From Flaccisagitta enflata (Eukaryota), in assembly GCA_965153355.1 (NCBI GenBank), contig OZ231126.1:3472001-3536000 (forward strand): a stretch of DNA of 64,000 bases, in the 5' to 3' direction. Below the pieces are notes generated by a model. The model was not told where the DNA came from. It did no database searches and saw nothing but the letters and a program-made list of their open reading frames with translations. This document shows, one piece after another, positions 16,948-30,167 of this stretch. The translations under genes were made by a program, and so were the position numbers. Positions within the stretch are counted from its first letter, which is position 1. Each line of letters begins with the position of its first letter.

Positions 16948-17942
16948 TAGGAATTGAAGGAAAGAAGAAGGAACAAAGGGAGGAATCTAAAGAAGGAAGG
17001 GAGCTATGGAAACTAGTCAACCACCGATTGAACATGTTCAGCGGCACCAGAGGCCCTGCTTTGAGTGATGAGCTGCAAAAATTGAGTGAGAGCAGGGCAG
17101 TGGCCCCAAAGGACCAATGTCCTTTAGAACACAGGGGTGAATTACCAGACTTCCTATGAGGGCACTATGGAGGACTGATTTGATTTCTTACAGGGCAAAT
17201 ATGAGGCATCCAGAGGCTGATTTGAAGCCCCATAAGAGAGCCAATATGATGCATGAGGGCAGATTCGAGGCCTGAGAGGGTAATCTGAAGGCGAGATTGA
17301 AGCCAGAAAAGTCAGATTAGAGGCTTGAGTGGGCAAATTTTAGACAGAAGATGGCTTACTACAAGCATGACGGGGGTGAATTTGGATGGAGGGACAGACA
17401 TCTGGAAACTCACCTTTGTTTGCTACAGTGCAACAGTTGCTGCTGAAAAAGGGAGGAGGGTAGGAATGAAAGAGAAGAAGGAAAGAAGGAAGGCAGAAAG
17501 GGAGAAATGGCAAAAAGGAATTAACCAATGCGTCCGTCGAATCAAATGTGAAAGCATAGGTCATCGGTCCTGAAGGAAGGAAGGAATGAAGAAAGGGAGA
17601 AATGGAGGAACAAAAGAAAGAAAAGAAGGAAGGAAGGAAGGAAGGTCGTAACCAAGTAGGGAATGGATGTAAGGGAGGTTGAAATAGTAGGAAGGGTGGA
17701 TGAGAGGAATGGGTGAGGGAAGATATGTAGTTGCAAAAATGAGCACACGACTGTCGCCATCTTGTTGTAAGTGGAAAGAGGGAGACTCCTGCTATGGGTA
17801 TCTGCTATTTCCTTCGCGTCGTCTCACTGGGGGGAATTTCCTCCACTTTCCTCCTTTTTTGTCTCACTAGAGGGGATTTTAGTGAGAAAAAATTCCCTCC
17901 AGTGAGACTACATTTTTTTCCCTCAAGTGAGACACTTTTTTT

Positions 17943-18009
<67 letters not shown>

Positions 18010-18152
18010 GCTGGAACCCTCAAGATGAAGTCAACTACGGTATCTACCGGCCTCCTTCAGCATCAAATCAAAATGGAATTTGGTTGGAAACTTCCAAACC
18101 TCTCAAGCACTACCTCCTCAAGGACAATGACATCCTTGAGTACAAGTCAAAG
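18010..18152 (+). CDS. TLN: Talin coding exon 2 (F0)
   Basis: (CT)n-CAAG acceptor. (G)WNPQDEVNYGIYRPPSASNQNGIWLETSKPLKHYLLKDNDILEYKSK matches talin F0 GIWLE..K.L.YY.L...D..EY.KK. Donor GTATGT at 18153; phases match both neighbours. Confidence 0.92.
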
Positions 18153-18556
18153 GTATGTCCTTGAATTTGAAAGACTAACATAATCTCCTCAAAGACAACG
18201 ACATCTTTGAGTACAAGTCGAAGGTATGTCCTTGAAAGACTAACATTACCTCCTTGAGGTCAATGACATCCTCGAGTACAAGTCAAATGTATGTCCTATA
18301 ATTTAAAATACTAACATTTTCTCCTCAAGGACAATGACATCTTTGAATACAAGTCAAAGGTATGTCCTTGAATTTGAAAGACTAACATTACCTCCTCAAA
18401 GACAATGACATCCTCGAGTACAAGTATAAGGTGTGTCCTTGAATTTGAAAGACTAACATTACCTCCTCAAGGACAATGACATCCTTGAGTACAAGTCAAA
18501 AGTATGTCCTTGAAATACTAACATTACCTCCTCAAAGACAATGACATCCTTGAATT
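18153..18556 (+). repeat. ~67-bp tandem copies of the talin exon-2 3' end plus donor
   Basis: CTCCTCAAGGACAATGACATCCTTGAGTACAAGTCAAAGGTATGTCC, 5 diverged full copies plus 1 partial. Confidence 0.92.
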
Positions 18557-19009
18557 TAAATAGTTATTTGACTTATTTCCTTGAAACACCAACATCACCT
18601 AACAGATGTAGAATGGCCTGTACCTCCCTCTCGCCAGCAAATGAGAAAAAAAAATAACATATGAATCATTACTTGGCTTATAATCAAATTTCATGAGTGA
18701 ATTAACAATCAAGAATTGCGGTATGATCATTTGGACAAATGAACTATCGTTTGTAACATATATACCCATCACATTTAAAACAGATACTATAGGTCGTTCA
18801 CTCAAAAAAAAAAAAAACCTCGCCATTCCGAAATATTCACTTTTATGAATGTCAAATTCAGAATCCAGAATGTAGTCAGGGACAAAAACACGCAGCCCTC
18901 TTGATTATGATTAATTAAGATTTTTGGGGCTAAACAGTGCTACTCGGAAGAAAAACATTTCTAAGGGGGCTGAAGAACAGCTTTTCATCATGAGAAGGTT
19001 TCTTAGATT

Positions 19010-19119
19010 TCAGTCCTGTACAGTGAGATGTTGTGCACCTCTCAATGGTCCAACAGTGATACATCCGTACCAGCCAGAGTCTTCTTTCTTCAAATCCTTC
19101 AAAGTGTACGATACATAGT
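19010..19119 (-). CDS. Nested Ig gene 1, last exon: second half of Ig domain 2 and stop
   Basis: TTTTTTGCAG acceptor. (D)YVSYTLKDLKKEDSGWYGCITVGPLRGAQHLTVQD* has D.G.Y.C and a G-strand HLTV; TGA at 19012-19010. Confidence 0.8.
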
Positions 19120-19310
19120 CTGCAAAAAAGTAAAGGGAGAAATTGTTCCTGATTTTAAAGGTGTATGCGAAAAACTAAAGGGAGTCTTGCAAATGCTGCT
19201 CCAATCACCATCCTTCCAATTGACCACCAGGTGTTTTAGGTCGCGTGCTACGCGACTCTACAACCTGCTTTGTCGGTCCGTCCATCCGTCGGTCTGTCTG
19301 TCAGTCAGTT

Positions 19311-19665
19311 GCACCATGCATCAAAATCACCAACGACCAGGATGTAAACCAACCAACCACCCAACCCACCCATATGGCCCATAACACCATCACCATGCAT
19401 CAAAATCACCAACGACCAGGAAGTAAACCAGCCAATTACCCAACCCACCCATAGCACCATCACCGTGCATCAAAATCACCAACGACCAGGATGTAAACCA
19501 ACCAACCACCCAACCCATAACACCATCACCATGCATCAAAATCACCAACGACCAGGAAGTAAACCATCCAACCACCCAACCCACCCATAGCACCATCACC
19601 GTGCATCAAAATCACCAACGACCAAGAAGTAAATCAACCAACCACAAAACCCACCCAGAACACCA
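19311..19665 (+). repeat. ~63-bp tandem repeat inside a HINE-like element
   Basis: CACCATGCATCAAAATCACCAACGACCAGGAWGTAAACCA..., 5 copies. Confidence 0.85.
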
Positions 19666-20033
19666 CATGTCGGTTCGTCACACTTTTACTTTTTTTAATC
19701 AATTTTATTTCCTAAAGTCATTTTAATTCATTTAAGTCATTCTTAGTCATTCTTAGTCATTCTAAGTCATTATGTAAGTCACGCACGCGACTTAAAGATG
19801 TTGGCCTTGTTCAGGAGTAAGCTGGATTTTCTGTTTCTTAATATTGAGAATGGACGGACAGACGGACCAACACAGTTACGTCTGGAGTCGCTTGTCCCCG
19901 TGTAAAAACAATGAAAGCCTATCAACGACTACCTCACTGATTGATTGCCTAAGAAGTGACAATACGACATTGACCTAATTTGGAATGTCCATTGGTCCGT
20001 CCGAGACTGTTGCTCTTTGAAGGGCTTTAATAC

Positions 20034-20216
20034 CTCCATCATCGCCATTGACCAGTTGTGCTTCCAGCCTATTGGGGGCGTCAGGAGTCTTCGTTGTTCC
20101 ATATGAGTAAAAGATGAATTTTCTGCCTCCTGCTGGTCTAAACTTGAATGATGGATTGTACCTGCCTTTTGGACAGGGGGAGAATGTGAAGCTGTCTCCA
20201 ACATGGGCAACTGAAT
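20034..20216 (-). CDS. Nested Ig gene 1, exon 3: first half of Ig domain 2
   Basis: TTCTTTTCCTACAG acceptor. (D)SVAHVGDSFTFSPCPKGRYNPSFKFRPAGGRKFIFYSYG...NRLEAQLVNGDDG. Donor falls at the same GATGGAG|GT position as in exon 1. Confidence 0.75.
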
Positions 20217-20775
20217 CTGTAGGAAAAGAATGACAGATTACCAAGATATGGGCGCCAAAAGCCTCCTCAGACATATGGGATGCCCCTGTTTATTTGTTTT
20301 GTTTTGTTGTTTTTTTTTTTTCATTTAAGAAGACAGTATATTTTGTCTATCTTACAAATATACTTTTTAGTCGCCGACACGCGACACTACAGTACTACAT
20401 CTTGCCGTGTCGATTCATCTGTCGGACATGACATATCAGAATTACAAGCAGTTTTTGCATTATTAGCCCTGCCCAACCGTCCGCGACTGTCCTGCCGTGT
20501 ATCCGGCCTTGTTTTCTCCTAAACTGAAAAAAAAGCTCGAATCACGCACCTTCAAGACACAAGAAAGCACAAGAAAGCACTAGAAAGACATTGAATACAA
20601 TCTTAGACTTGCTTGCCAATAAAGCCATACTCACACCTGTATTGTGTACTTTGTACTATGATGTTTAAAACCTGGGGTTTAGAAATGTTATTCATACTGA
20701 GGAACCACATCAATGTCGTATGTACTATGTACACTTACGCTGTAAGCGGCTGTACAGTGCTAAATCGTTCCATAC

Positions 20776-20796
20776 CTGGGTTCTCTAGATGCTTAA
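20776..20796 (-). CDS. Possible 21-nt microexon of nested Ig gene 1 ((V)KHLENP)
   Basis: ATTCCTTTATAG acceptor and GTATGG donor, frame-preserving. Resembles the end of exon 2 (RLENP). Confidence 0.4.
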
Positions 20797-20861
20797 CTAT
20801 AAAGGAATCATATCAAAATTGTAAGCGCACTTTCGCTCCGCGTTGCTGCACGGTTCCAAAC

Positions 20862-20975
20862 CTGGATTTTCCAAACGTTGGATAGGCTGAGGTATGGAAT
20901 CATTGTCGTATTCACACTTGAATTCTCCCGCATCCGATGTTGTTAAATTCTCCAACACGTAGGAAATGTATTTGA
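20862..20975 (-). CDS. Nested Ig gene 1, exon 2: second half of Ig domain 1
   Basis: CTCTCGCAG acceptor. (V)KYISYVLENLTTSDAGEFKCEYDNDSIPQPIQRLENP carries the Ig L.NL...D.G.[YF].C motif. Phase 1-1, 114 nt; donor GTTTGG is weak. Confidence 0.75.
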
Positions 20976-22407
20976 CTGCGAGAGTGAGGACAAATAGTCA
21001 AAAGTTAGAAATAACAAGGCCGGATACTCGGCTACCCCGAATTCATGGATGTAAAGGAGCTCTGAAGTTTGCCACGTCCACTAAGCATTTCAAGACCGAG
21101 TCAGAATCAAGACCAACTTAATCAAAAAGTAAAAACTAAATAAAAAATATTCACTTTTTGCATTATTCATGAATGAAAATCTTCCATCTAGAGACTTTTT
21201 AGTGATATTTCAAACAAACTTAGCCAATATTTCTCTTTTAAAATTGTTTTTCAATGAAATTTCTAATTTTTCAAACCTTGAATCACTCCTTTTTGGGCAG
21301 CGGCCCCAAAGGGCCGATGTCCTGTAGGATACAGGGGTGAATTTCCAGACGTCCGTCCGTACGTACGTCTGTCCCCCCCCCCCGAGGCCCCTCTCAGGCC
21401 CCAAATCAGCCCTCTCAGACCCCAAATCAGCGCTCTCAGGCCCCAAGTCTGCCCTCTCAGACTTAAAATCGCCCCTCTCAGGCCTAAAGTCGGCCCTTCT
21501 ATATCCTAAATTAGCTCACTCAAGCCCAAAATCAGCCCATTAAGGCACTAAATCAGACTTGTCAGGCCCCAATTCAACCATTTCAGGCCTGAAATTAGAC
21601 CTCTCAAACCTAAAATCTGTCTCAATTCAGCCCTCGAAATGACCTTCTCAGGTTCAAATCTGCCCTCATCCCTGTTCTCCAATCAATCAACTCAGTCCTG
21701 AAATGTGCTTTCTCACGACGTCTGGAAATTCACCCCTGTGTCCTACAGGACATCGGCCCTTTGGGGCCGCTGCCCTGCTCCCACTCAGCTTCTTCAGCTA
21801 ATCACTCCAAGCAGGGCATCGGGTACCGCTGACCATGTGCAATCCTTGGATGACTAGTTCAAGTCCGACTTGGTTTTCAGGACCGACTTTTACCACGTCC
21901 ATGGACGTGGTGGACATGGCGTCCCCTACATCCATGACCCCAATCTCGAGTGGGCAGGGGTGATGATAGAAAAGGACACTGGGGCATTTTGGCTGGAGCA
22001 GTGAGCTCAAAAAGCTCAAAAACGCCGAAATAGTAAAAAGGGGACCAACCAACCAATGATTGAACATTTTTGAAGGAAACTGAATTTAATAAACGAGGTT
22101 GTATGAAAATTGAAAATAGAGTAACAGGAATTTTGAAAGAGGTAACCATTGTCTCTTTAAAACATGTGTATATTACTTCAAGAACCAAGGTCAAAGGAGT
22201 TGAATCAGAATGGCAATAACTAAAATGCATAAACAAATGATTATCAAATCTGATGATATGAATGACATGATATTTATATCAATGAGTAACCTAGGGTTAC
22301 AATGTTTTCATAACAAATTTGCAGTATCAGGGCACAGTACAGTGTGCAGTATCAGTGTACAGCTGCAGTACAGTGTATGGTGCAGTGTAAGTGCAAGTAG
22401 TCAATAG

Positions 22408-22959
22408 GCTGTCTCACCTTCATAGACAGACTCTAGTGGTTTCACTTTGAGTCTGTCCGTCGTGCCTGGACGCTTTTCATCTATCACTGTATACATACAT
22501 ATGTCAACAGACTGTTTATAGACTGTCTATAGACTGTCTCACCTCCATCGACCGACTCTAGTGGTTTTACTTTGAGTCTGTCCATTGTGCCTGGACGCTT
22601 TTGTTTTCTGTTTACATACATATGTCTACAGACTGTCTATAGACTGTCTACAGACTGTATACAGACTACCTATAGACTGTCTTTAGGCTATCTTACCTCC
22701 ATCGACCGACTCTAGTGGTTTCACTTAGAGTCTGTCCGTCGTGCCCGGACGCTTTTGTTCACTGTATACATACATATTTCTACAGACTTTCTACGGACTG
22801 TCTATAGACCGTCAATAGACTGTTAATAGACTGTCCATAGACTCTCTTCCCTCCATCGACCGACTCTAGTGGTTTCACTTAGTCTGTCCGGCGTTTTTTG
22901 GCGCTTTTGTTCACAGACCGTCTACAGACTGTCTACAGGCTCTCTATAGACTGTCTTAC
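22408..22959 (-). repeat. Four tandem copies of the nested Ig gene 1 exon-1 3' end plus donor
   Basis: (+) GTCTYACCTCCATCGACCGACTCTAGTGGTTTCACTTTGAGTCTGTCCGTCGTGCCYGGACGCTTTT, separated by AGACTGTCTA-type repeats. Confidence 0.9.
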
Positions 22960-23236
22960 CTCCATCGATCGACTCTAGTGGTTTCACTTTGAGTCTGTCC
23001 GTCGTGCCCGGACGCTTTTGGTCCCCGTATGCAATCAAATGCCACCAAAAATCCCCAGCTGGCCTATGTTGGAAAACGGGGCCGTATTCATCCACAGGAC
23101 ACAGCAGGAATTGATGATTTTGACCGACTTTCAACATTTCCGAGTGGACTTGATGCCCTTTGGATGCCAGAAGGGCCAAAATGATGCAGGACGAGGCGCG
23201 GAAGAACGAATTTGCGGCGATTGATGCCATAGCCAT
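22960..23236 (-). CDS. Nested Ig gene 1, exon 1: signal peptide plus first half of V-type Ig domain 1
   Basis: MAMASIAANSFFRASSCIILALLASKGHQVHS then EMLKVGQNHQFLLCP...VFQHRPAG..HLIAYG...DRLKV...DG. Phase-1 donor GTAAGA at 22959. Confidence 0.72.
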
Positions 23237-23294
23237 TGTGATAGGTGTCGAATATTCTCGTGAAACTTCGTATCTCTATTTTTACGGGGATTTT

Positions 23295-23536
23295 GGGTGC
23301 GTTTCTAGTCATAGACAATCGCGTTTTTAACGGGCCACTCAGTCGCTCGCACCGCTTACCAGCTCCACAGCGCACCACTTTACAATGCTTGCTTTGCTTG
23401 CTCGCGCCGTTCACGGTCTCGCTCACTCACTTCGCTAACTCCCTCATGGGGCAGTAAAATTTTTGAATATGTGTTCATAATGTAAATGCGTTCAATGGGA
23501 ACAAACGCGTTTTTGGTCGTCACTAGAAACGCACCC
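23295..23536. mobile_element. Short MITE just upstream of nested Ig gene 1
   Basis: 15-bp TIR GGGTGCGTTTCTAGT / ACTAGAAACGCACCC. Confidence 0.75.
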
Positions 23537-24666
23537 TTAGTTGTAGGAATATGAATGGGTCGGTATTCATAAAAGGAAATTGATCCACAGGGCGATCTTT
23601 GTCAACAAGGCCAAGTAGACAAATAAGTGCGCCGGGTGGGTTGTCAAACGTTTGCGTGACCATTGACCATTGGTGATTGGGCGGGGGTGAGGGCGTGATG
23701 GGGTAGGGGTAGGGGCTTGATTGGGCAGGGGTAGGGGCTGGATTGGGCAGGGGCAGGGGCTTGATTGGACGGGGCGATTATGCCCGAGATTTTGCATCAT
23801 GAAATAATATGGTCTTATGGACCAACCTAACCATTTACCGAGGATTAGACCCTCTCATGGAATAATAAACAGTATTTTTTCAGTCGCACAAACGCGCCGC
23901 TTTGTCGGTGCATAGGTCCGTCCGTCCGTACGTACGTCTTTTTCCATGGTTTTGACATAGCTGCCCCTGCATAAATGCCCGTGTGATCTCCCACATCACT
24001 GCCCCTGCACATCCACACGTAATTTGCCGACTGGCCTTTTTTCATAGTCTTCCAGATACTTATCACACCGGAGTTACCTATAAGCAAACTGAAGTGGTAC
24101 TTTCTGTAGCCACACAAAGCATCGCTCTCATCGCATTTCTGTTGCAGTTTCATATTTTGCATAGCCACACAAAGCAGCGCTCTCATTGCAGGCCTGTATA
24201 TAATTGAGTTTTCTTTTATATAACTTTTGACAGTACCAAATCATAAACACTAGTTATTAAAACACGATTTAGCACTATTTAAACGTAAACCACACTGTTT
24301 ATTGCTTTATGGGGAAGAAAATCATAGATTTCAAAATGCATCGCGTTGCGTCGCGGGAAAGAAAATCAAAGGCAGGGTCGGGGGGAATCAAAAGCGACTC
24401 AATTATATACACCCATGCATTTTTGTTAGACTGTTACAATGTCTTCCTTTCATGAACTATGAAGACATGAACTCAGTAAGGGGATGAGCCGAACTTTGAT
24501 AGCAGATAAAGCAATCTTTGTGCAATTGTCAATCAGTCTTCATGCGACTACAAAAAGGAAGTAAACAAATTCCCACGTAATTCTTTTCTTTTCTTTTTTT
24601 TTCTTTTTTTCTTTTTTTCTTTTTTTCTTTTTTTCTTTTTTTAATTTTTTCTTTTTTTCTTGTTTT

Positions 24667-25226
24667 CAGCGGCCCCGAAGGGGTCGATGACCTATGCTTT
24701 CACACATGGGGGAAATTTCTCCTCCTCCTCCTTCTCCTCCTTCTCCTTTGTACCCCCCCCCCTCAAATCCCAGCCTCAAGGCCCAAATCCCAGCCTCAAG
24801 GCCCAAATCCCAGCCTTGAGGCCCAAGTCTTAGCCTCAAGGACCAAATACCAGCCTCGAGGCCCAAAACCTAGCCTGGAGGCCCAGATCCCAGCCTTGAG
24901 GCCAAAATCTCAGCCTTGAGGTTCAAATCCCAGCAAAGAGACCCAGATCCCAACCTCGAGCCTGAGATTTGGTCCTCGAGGCTGCGATTTGGGCCTCAAG
25001 ACTGGGTTTTGGGCCTGGAGGCTGGGATTTGGGCCTTGAGGCTGGGATTTGATGGGGGGACGGAGGAGCAGGAGAAGGAGGAGGAGGAGGAGAAATTTCC
25101 CCAATGTGTGAAAACATAGGTCATCAACCCCTTCGTGGCCGCTGCCCTGCTCCCCCTTCAACTTTAAGCATAACCTACGTTAGCAGGGCACAGGTACCGC
25201 TGACCATCTAACGCTTTTGCGACTAT
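24667..25226 (+). mobile_element. Interspersed element with internal ~21-bp tandem repeats (family D; relatives at ~5135-5370, 9860-10645, 10660-11008, 21293-21856, 33700-34130)
   Basis: CAGCGGCCCCGAAGGGG..GATGACCTATGCTTTCACACAT end and its inverted copy, internal (GAGGCCCAAATCCCAGCCTT)n, shared 3' GGTACCGCTGACCAT tail. Confidence 0.65.
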
Positions 25227-27725
25227 TTCTTTTCTTTTTTTCTTTTTCTTTTTTTTTCTTTTTTTTATCCTTTTTATCTTTTTTTTTCCCTTTTTTTTCT
25301 TCATTTTCTTTTTTTTTTCTTTTTATCTTTTTTTCCATTTCTTTTTCTTTTTCCTCTTTTTTTTTCTTTTTTTTTCTTTTTTTCTTTCTTTTTTTTTTTC
25401 TTTTTTTCCTTTTTATCCTTTCTTGTCATCTCCATCGCAAACTTTTGTCATAGGTTTGAGTAACTTTACTATATTTTGACCGTCCTCAGATCTAATTGAA
25501 ATATTAAAGGCTCTCAGAGTACTGACCAGAATACTGACAAAGTATCTTCTAATTTTCCGTTCGTATCTCTGCTATTTTGTCACTACAAAACTCGTTTTTG
25601 AGTGCTAGATATCTGAAGATGATTAAGTTATTTGAGACCAATCCCAGCTCAATTTGTAACATCGCCTCAAATGAGAAAAAAATGATTTAGACGCATCCTA
25701 AGCTGTTAAATGTATTTCTCTGCAGAGTTACAGAGTGTCCACTGCTGTTTACTGCTTCATATCAATCTTTGTTATAATGCGATGAACGCACATATGAGAA
25801 ATTTAAAATCAATCAATCAATCACAGCAAAATTCTTTATTTTCCGGTTTTGATTTTCGGTTTGAGAAATTTTTCCTTGAAATCCTTGATAACGTTAATCC
25901 TCAGTCTCTTCCGGCGGGCCTGAAATTTAAAATGTTATTAGTTCAGAAAAATGAATGATAAAAGTACTGCGTTTTGAGAATTTGATAATGGTGGCAAGTG
26001 TCACGCTTCGGCAGCAAGCAAGGGTGCCCGACTCTCCAACATCTTAAGAGTAACCAGGCTTGAGCTATGGCTTTGAACTATGAATCAATGGTTTGATGTC
26101 ATCCCTAATAGTCAGGTGTACATTATCGAACCTATTTTTGAGACACTCGTGACCCCTAGGGGGCCCTTAATTAGGGTCAAATGGTCAAATTTGGCTTGTC
26201 TCCTGCTTGTCTCCACATGAAAAGTGCAAGCAGAAGCAATCAAAGAATGTCTAAATGGACCGTATCATGACTCCTTATAATTTATTATTAATCACTTGAA
26301 ACGTACAAAAAATTTGTTTGAGCTCCGTTGACCATAAGTTCCTTAAAAACGGTTTTCTAGCGTTCAGTACACCCTCTCTATTTTTGAGCGAAATTTCACT
26401 CAGATCACAGTATAATAATTATTATTTTTTAAAACTTAACTTTGCTTCATAGTTAAGCATATTATGTTTGTTTGTCTGAAAGACAACTACTTGAAGGGTA
26501 TATTTCCCAAATTTCATGTTTCCAAGTGGCTCCAAAGCGGCTCAATTGCATTTTTTCTAGAGCGTATCAATTCGCGCACACCCCCAGATTTGTTCCTAAC
26601 GCATACCTAACGCTTAAGATATGCCACTATGGCGTGAAAACGAAACAATTTACACAAAATCTGATCACACCACGTGAAAGAGCGTGAAATTTTGAATCTA
26701 AACTGAAAATTTCAAGTCTTAACTACCAGACGTTTGGTCACAATGAAATTTTACATTTTGTTGGTCCTGAAGTGTGAACAGAATTGATACGCTCATTGAC
26801 GGCTCATTGTAGTTAATTCTTTGTTTCCACACAGCGCTCCTCACACAAATGCGCGATGCTTTTTTGTCTTAATTTGATAAAATTTCTTAAAATTAAAATT
26901 GGCATATCTCAGGAACTGTTCGAGCTAGCCCATTGAAATTTTGCATGGTTAGTACCTAGACCAAGAGGGTCTTTTGCTTAAATTCTGATGCGACCTACAG
27001 AATGTCAAGCAGTCCAACCAGACCAACCAGCCTACTAGATGAAAAAATGAAAAAATGGCATAACTTCTAAAGTAATTGTCCGATTTGGTTGAAATTTTTC
27101 ATGAAGCTTCCTTTAAAGGTTCCTCGTCACTGACATAAAAAAGAGCTTGGGGAAAAAATATTTTCTTCCGACAGCCCACCCAGCCAGAAATGGTACTTAT
27201 AGAGATTTTTTTAAAAAACTATTAAAATTCAAAAAGATTTCAGAAACATGATCTCACATGTTTGCTTGAACCTTATCAATAAGAATTCAACTGTCAAATT
27301 GATTTCTTAGTTGAATTTAGCTAAATTTTCTAGTAATAAAATTGCCAACAATATCTATTTAAGTAGTCCATATCCGTTTACTGAATTTTGAAACTTTTTT
27401 TGCAAAAGTTCTAAAACACAACTTGATTATGTTGTATGGGCAAAAAACAAACTGACTAGAACAAATTTCAGGTCAATAGCTCGATTTCCCATAGAGGATA
27501 AATTCAAATTAAGGTTTTTACAATGAGCAGATTTTTCGCGCACTCGCATTTCAATCGATAGGAACGATATTCGAGTCTGATGTACCATGTAATTAAAGCA
27601 AAACGTGTTACATGAATCGGACCTAACTTTTATGACAAGGCTTCGCCTAGAAGAGAGGAAAACATAAAAAAGTCCTTTCTTTTCAATCAGAGAGCTTTTT
27701 TCTCTCTCTCTGTCTCTCTATTGTG

Positions 27726-27772
<47 letters not shown>

Positions 27773-27779
27773 AAAAAGG

Positions 27780-29850
27780 CCAACTCATTCTGAGCTGAAA
27801 ATCATTTTCCAGAATCTGTACAAGCAAATGATCACACCTGTTGAAGGACTCCGATTTAGCTCCATTGAAAGGCATGCTCTACCCACGCTACAGGGTCATC
27901 CACCTGAGTTGTCGGATTCTGTTAAGCTTTTACTCTCAGATGCAAAGAGACATGGATTTGAAATTGATCAAGTCTTAAAGAGTATGGATTGACATTTTTT
28001 GTATAAAAATTTCAGCCATTTTGGTCAAGCAGTTTGTCTTTTACGTAAATTTGAAGTAACACAAGTATTTTACCATTTTACAGATTGTCCATCAGAAATT
28101 CAGAATTCTGCTTGCATTCATGTTCATTCTTTTTTTACTATTCATGCCATAGAGAGAAAATTAATCTCCAATGGAAGATAAACTGACAAACATATTGCAA
28201 TACTTTAATATCATCACTGATTCAAGCCTGTTTTGGATTGATTACTAAAAAAATTCAAAAACTAATTGGGGTGTTAACATGCGCAATTCCTAGAAAATCT
28301 GCTCAGTCTTGAAATAAAAGCTTTACGTAAAAATCCATGTTAAAGACAAACTACTTGACCAAAATGGCTGAAATTTTTATGCAAAAAATGTCAATCTATA
28401 CTCTTTAAGACTTGATCAATTTCAAATCCATGTTTCTTGGCATCAGAGAGTAAAAGCTTAACAGAATCCGACAACTCAGGTGGATGACCCTGTATCTGAT
28501 GGATTTGCTAGAGAATACAAAAAAACATGGCTGACTTCTTTCAAAAAAAAGTTGGAGGAATTTGATGCAGACAAGTTGGAAAATGCCATGCAAACAGTGA
28601 TGAAAATGCTCGCAAATTGCCTTTCAAGCCAGCGTGGCATTCAGTATGAGTTTGGCCCTGAGTACACAGAGTATCTTGCTCAAAAAGCTACAGGGACCTT
28701 AAAGCAGTCACACCTGAGACCACTTTCAGAGATTTTCTCTGATGGACAGCTTGACAAAATCCCCATTGACAACAAAGTTAGAGAAAATTATTTTGGAGAG
28801 TTGTCAGAGCAGCTCAGAAAAAAAGGTGGATCTGCATTTCGTGCTGTTGGGGAGCGCTTAGTTCTTAGCTCAAATGCTGACTTGGCCTTCTCAAAAGGGT
28901 TAGAGAAGATGCTTAAGGACAAGGAATTGAAGAAAAGGAAGAAAAGGAAGAAGGAAATAGAGCAGCTCAATGCACAATGGTCAAAAGCCCAAAAAGATGT
29001 GGCAAGGGCTAAAATAACAGTTTCTGATGCAGAAGCAGATATCTTAGCAAGAGAGCAAGCAAAAAACAAGCAAATTTCTGACTACAAACGCAATGGAGAA
29101 AAGTTCAATTATGAAGCTCCTATGTCATCCCAGGCAGATGTAAACAAGATGTTCACAAAAAAAGTTGAGTGAACATGACCGGCTTTCCATCATGAGGAAA
29201 GAGGTAAAACTCAAGAAAATGATGTTCTCTCAGCTCCCAGCAGATTTTGTCTTGTTCAAACAGTACAATCTTTTTTCCTCTCAAATGTACAAAAATCTCC
29301 TGGATCTTCATGCTGTTGACCCGGCCAATCAAGAGACAGTCTCAAAAGCAGATATCTATGTTGCCACTGATGATCTTTCAGTCAATCCCTCACTCACTGC
29401 GTAAAAGACAAAGAAAAAAACTAGAGAAGCTCAAGTTGACACTTCAGAAACATCCCTGGTTGAGGTGGAATGGCCACCTCATGATGAAGAGTTTATTGTG
29501 TCATTAGAGGAGGATGGCTGGCTGCTTTCATTTGATGAAACTAGCAATTCCATAAAAGCTCAACAATTTAATCCCCTCAAGACAAGAGCCAAGGATGATG
29601 TGGGAAAAACCTATTGGGTTTATTCTGATGAAGAAAATGTAGATACATATGAAGAAAAGCACATCCTCTCAGTCAGGCCCTCCTTGACACTTGCCAAAAA
29701 CATCAAAAGGAAGGAGCCTGTTTTTGCATTACTCAATCATGAGTTTATTGAAGCATTTTCATCCGACCTTTATCAGAGGACAGGTTTCATGTTTTTTAAC
29801 CTGTTGTTGTCCTCATCCATACTCGTTGTAGCTCAAGGTTTTTGATACCC
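27780..29850 (+). pseudogene. Decayed putative transposase (copy 1), interrupted by a MITE
   Basis: Frameshifted ORFs 27723, 28480, 29165 and 29465 align end to end with ORFs 42696-44057 (QRGIQYEFGPEY, IP.DNKV.EN.FG, LKTRAKDD.GKTYW). Confidence 0.7.
27891..28492. mobile_element. MITE with long TIRs and TA target duplication, inserted in the transposase
   Basis: TA|CAGGGTCATCCACCTGAGTTGTCGGATTCTG ... CAGAATCCGACAACTCAGGTGGATGACCCTG|TA. Excision restores ALPTLSDGFAR. Confidence 0.9.
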
Positions 29851-30069
29851 TAAATTTTTTACCCTCAAATTATGGAACAGATTGTTATTTTGCCCAATCA
29901 AAGTCATACAATGATTTAACTGTATCTCCAGAATCACTTCACCAATAATTTCGACATTGTTCTCTGTTTAAATTGTCTCTTTTTCAGTATCTTATGCTGT
30001 GTGTGCATTTTAATTTCAATACAATAATTTGTCCAGTATAAAAAACTTGCACTTTTGATGCAAAAAGGG

Positions 30070-30167
<98 letters not shown>

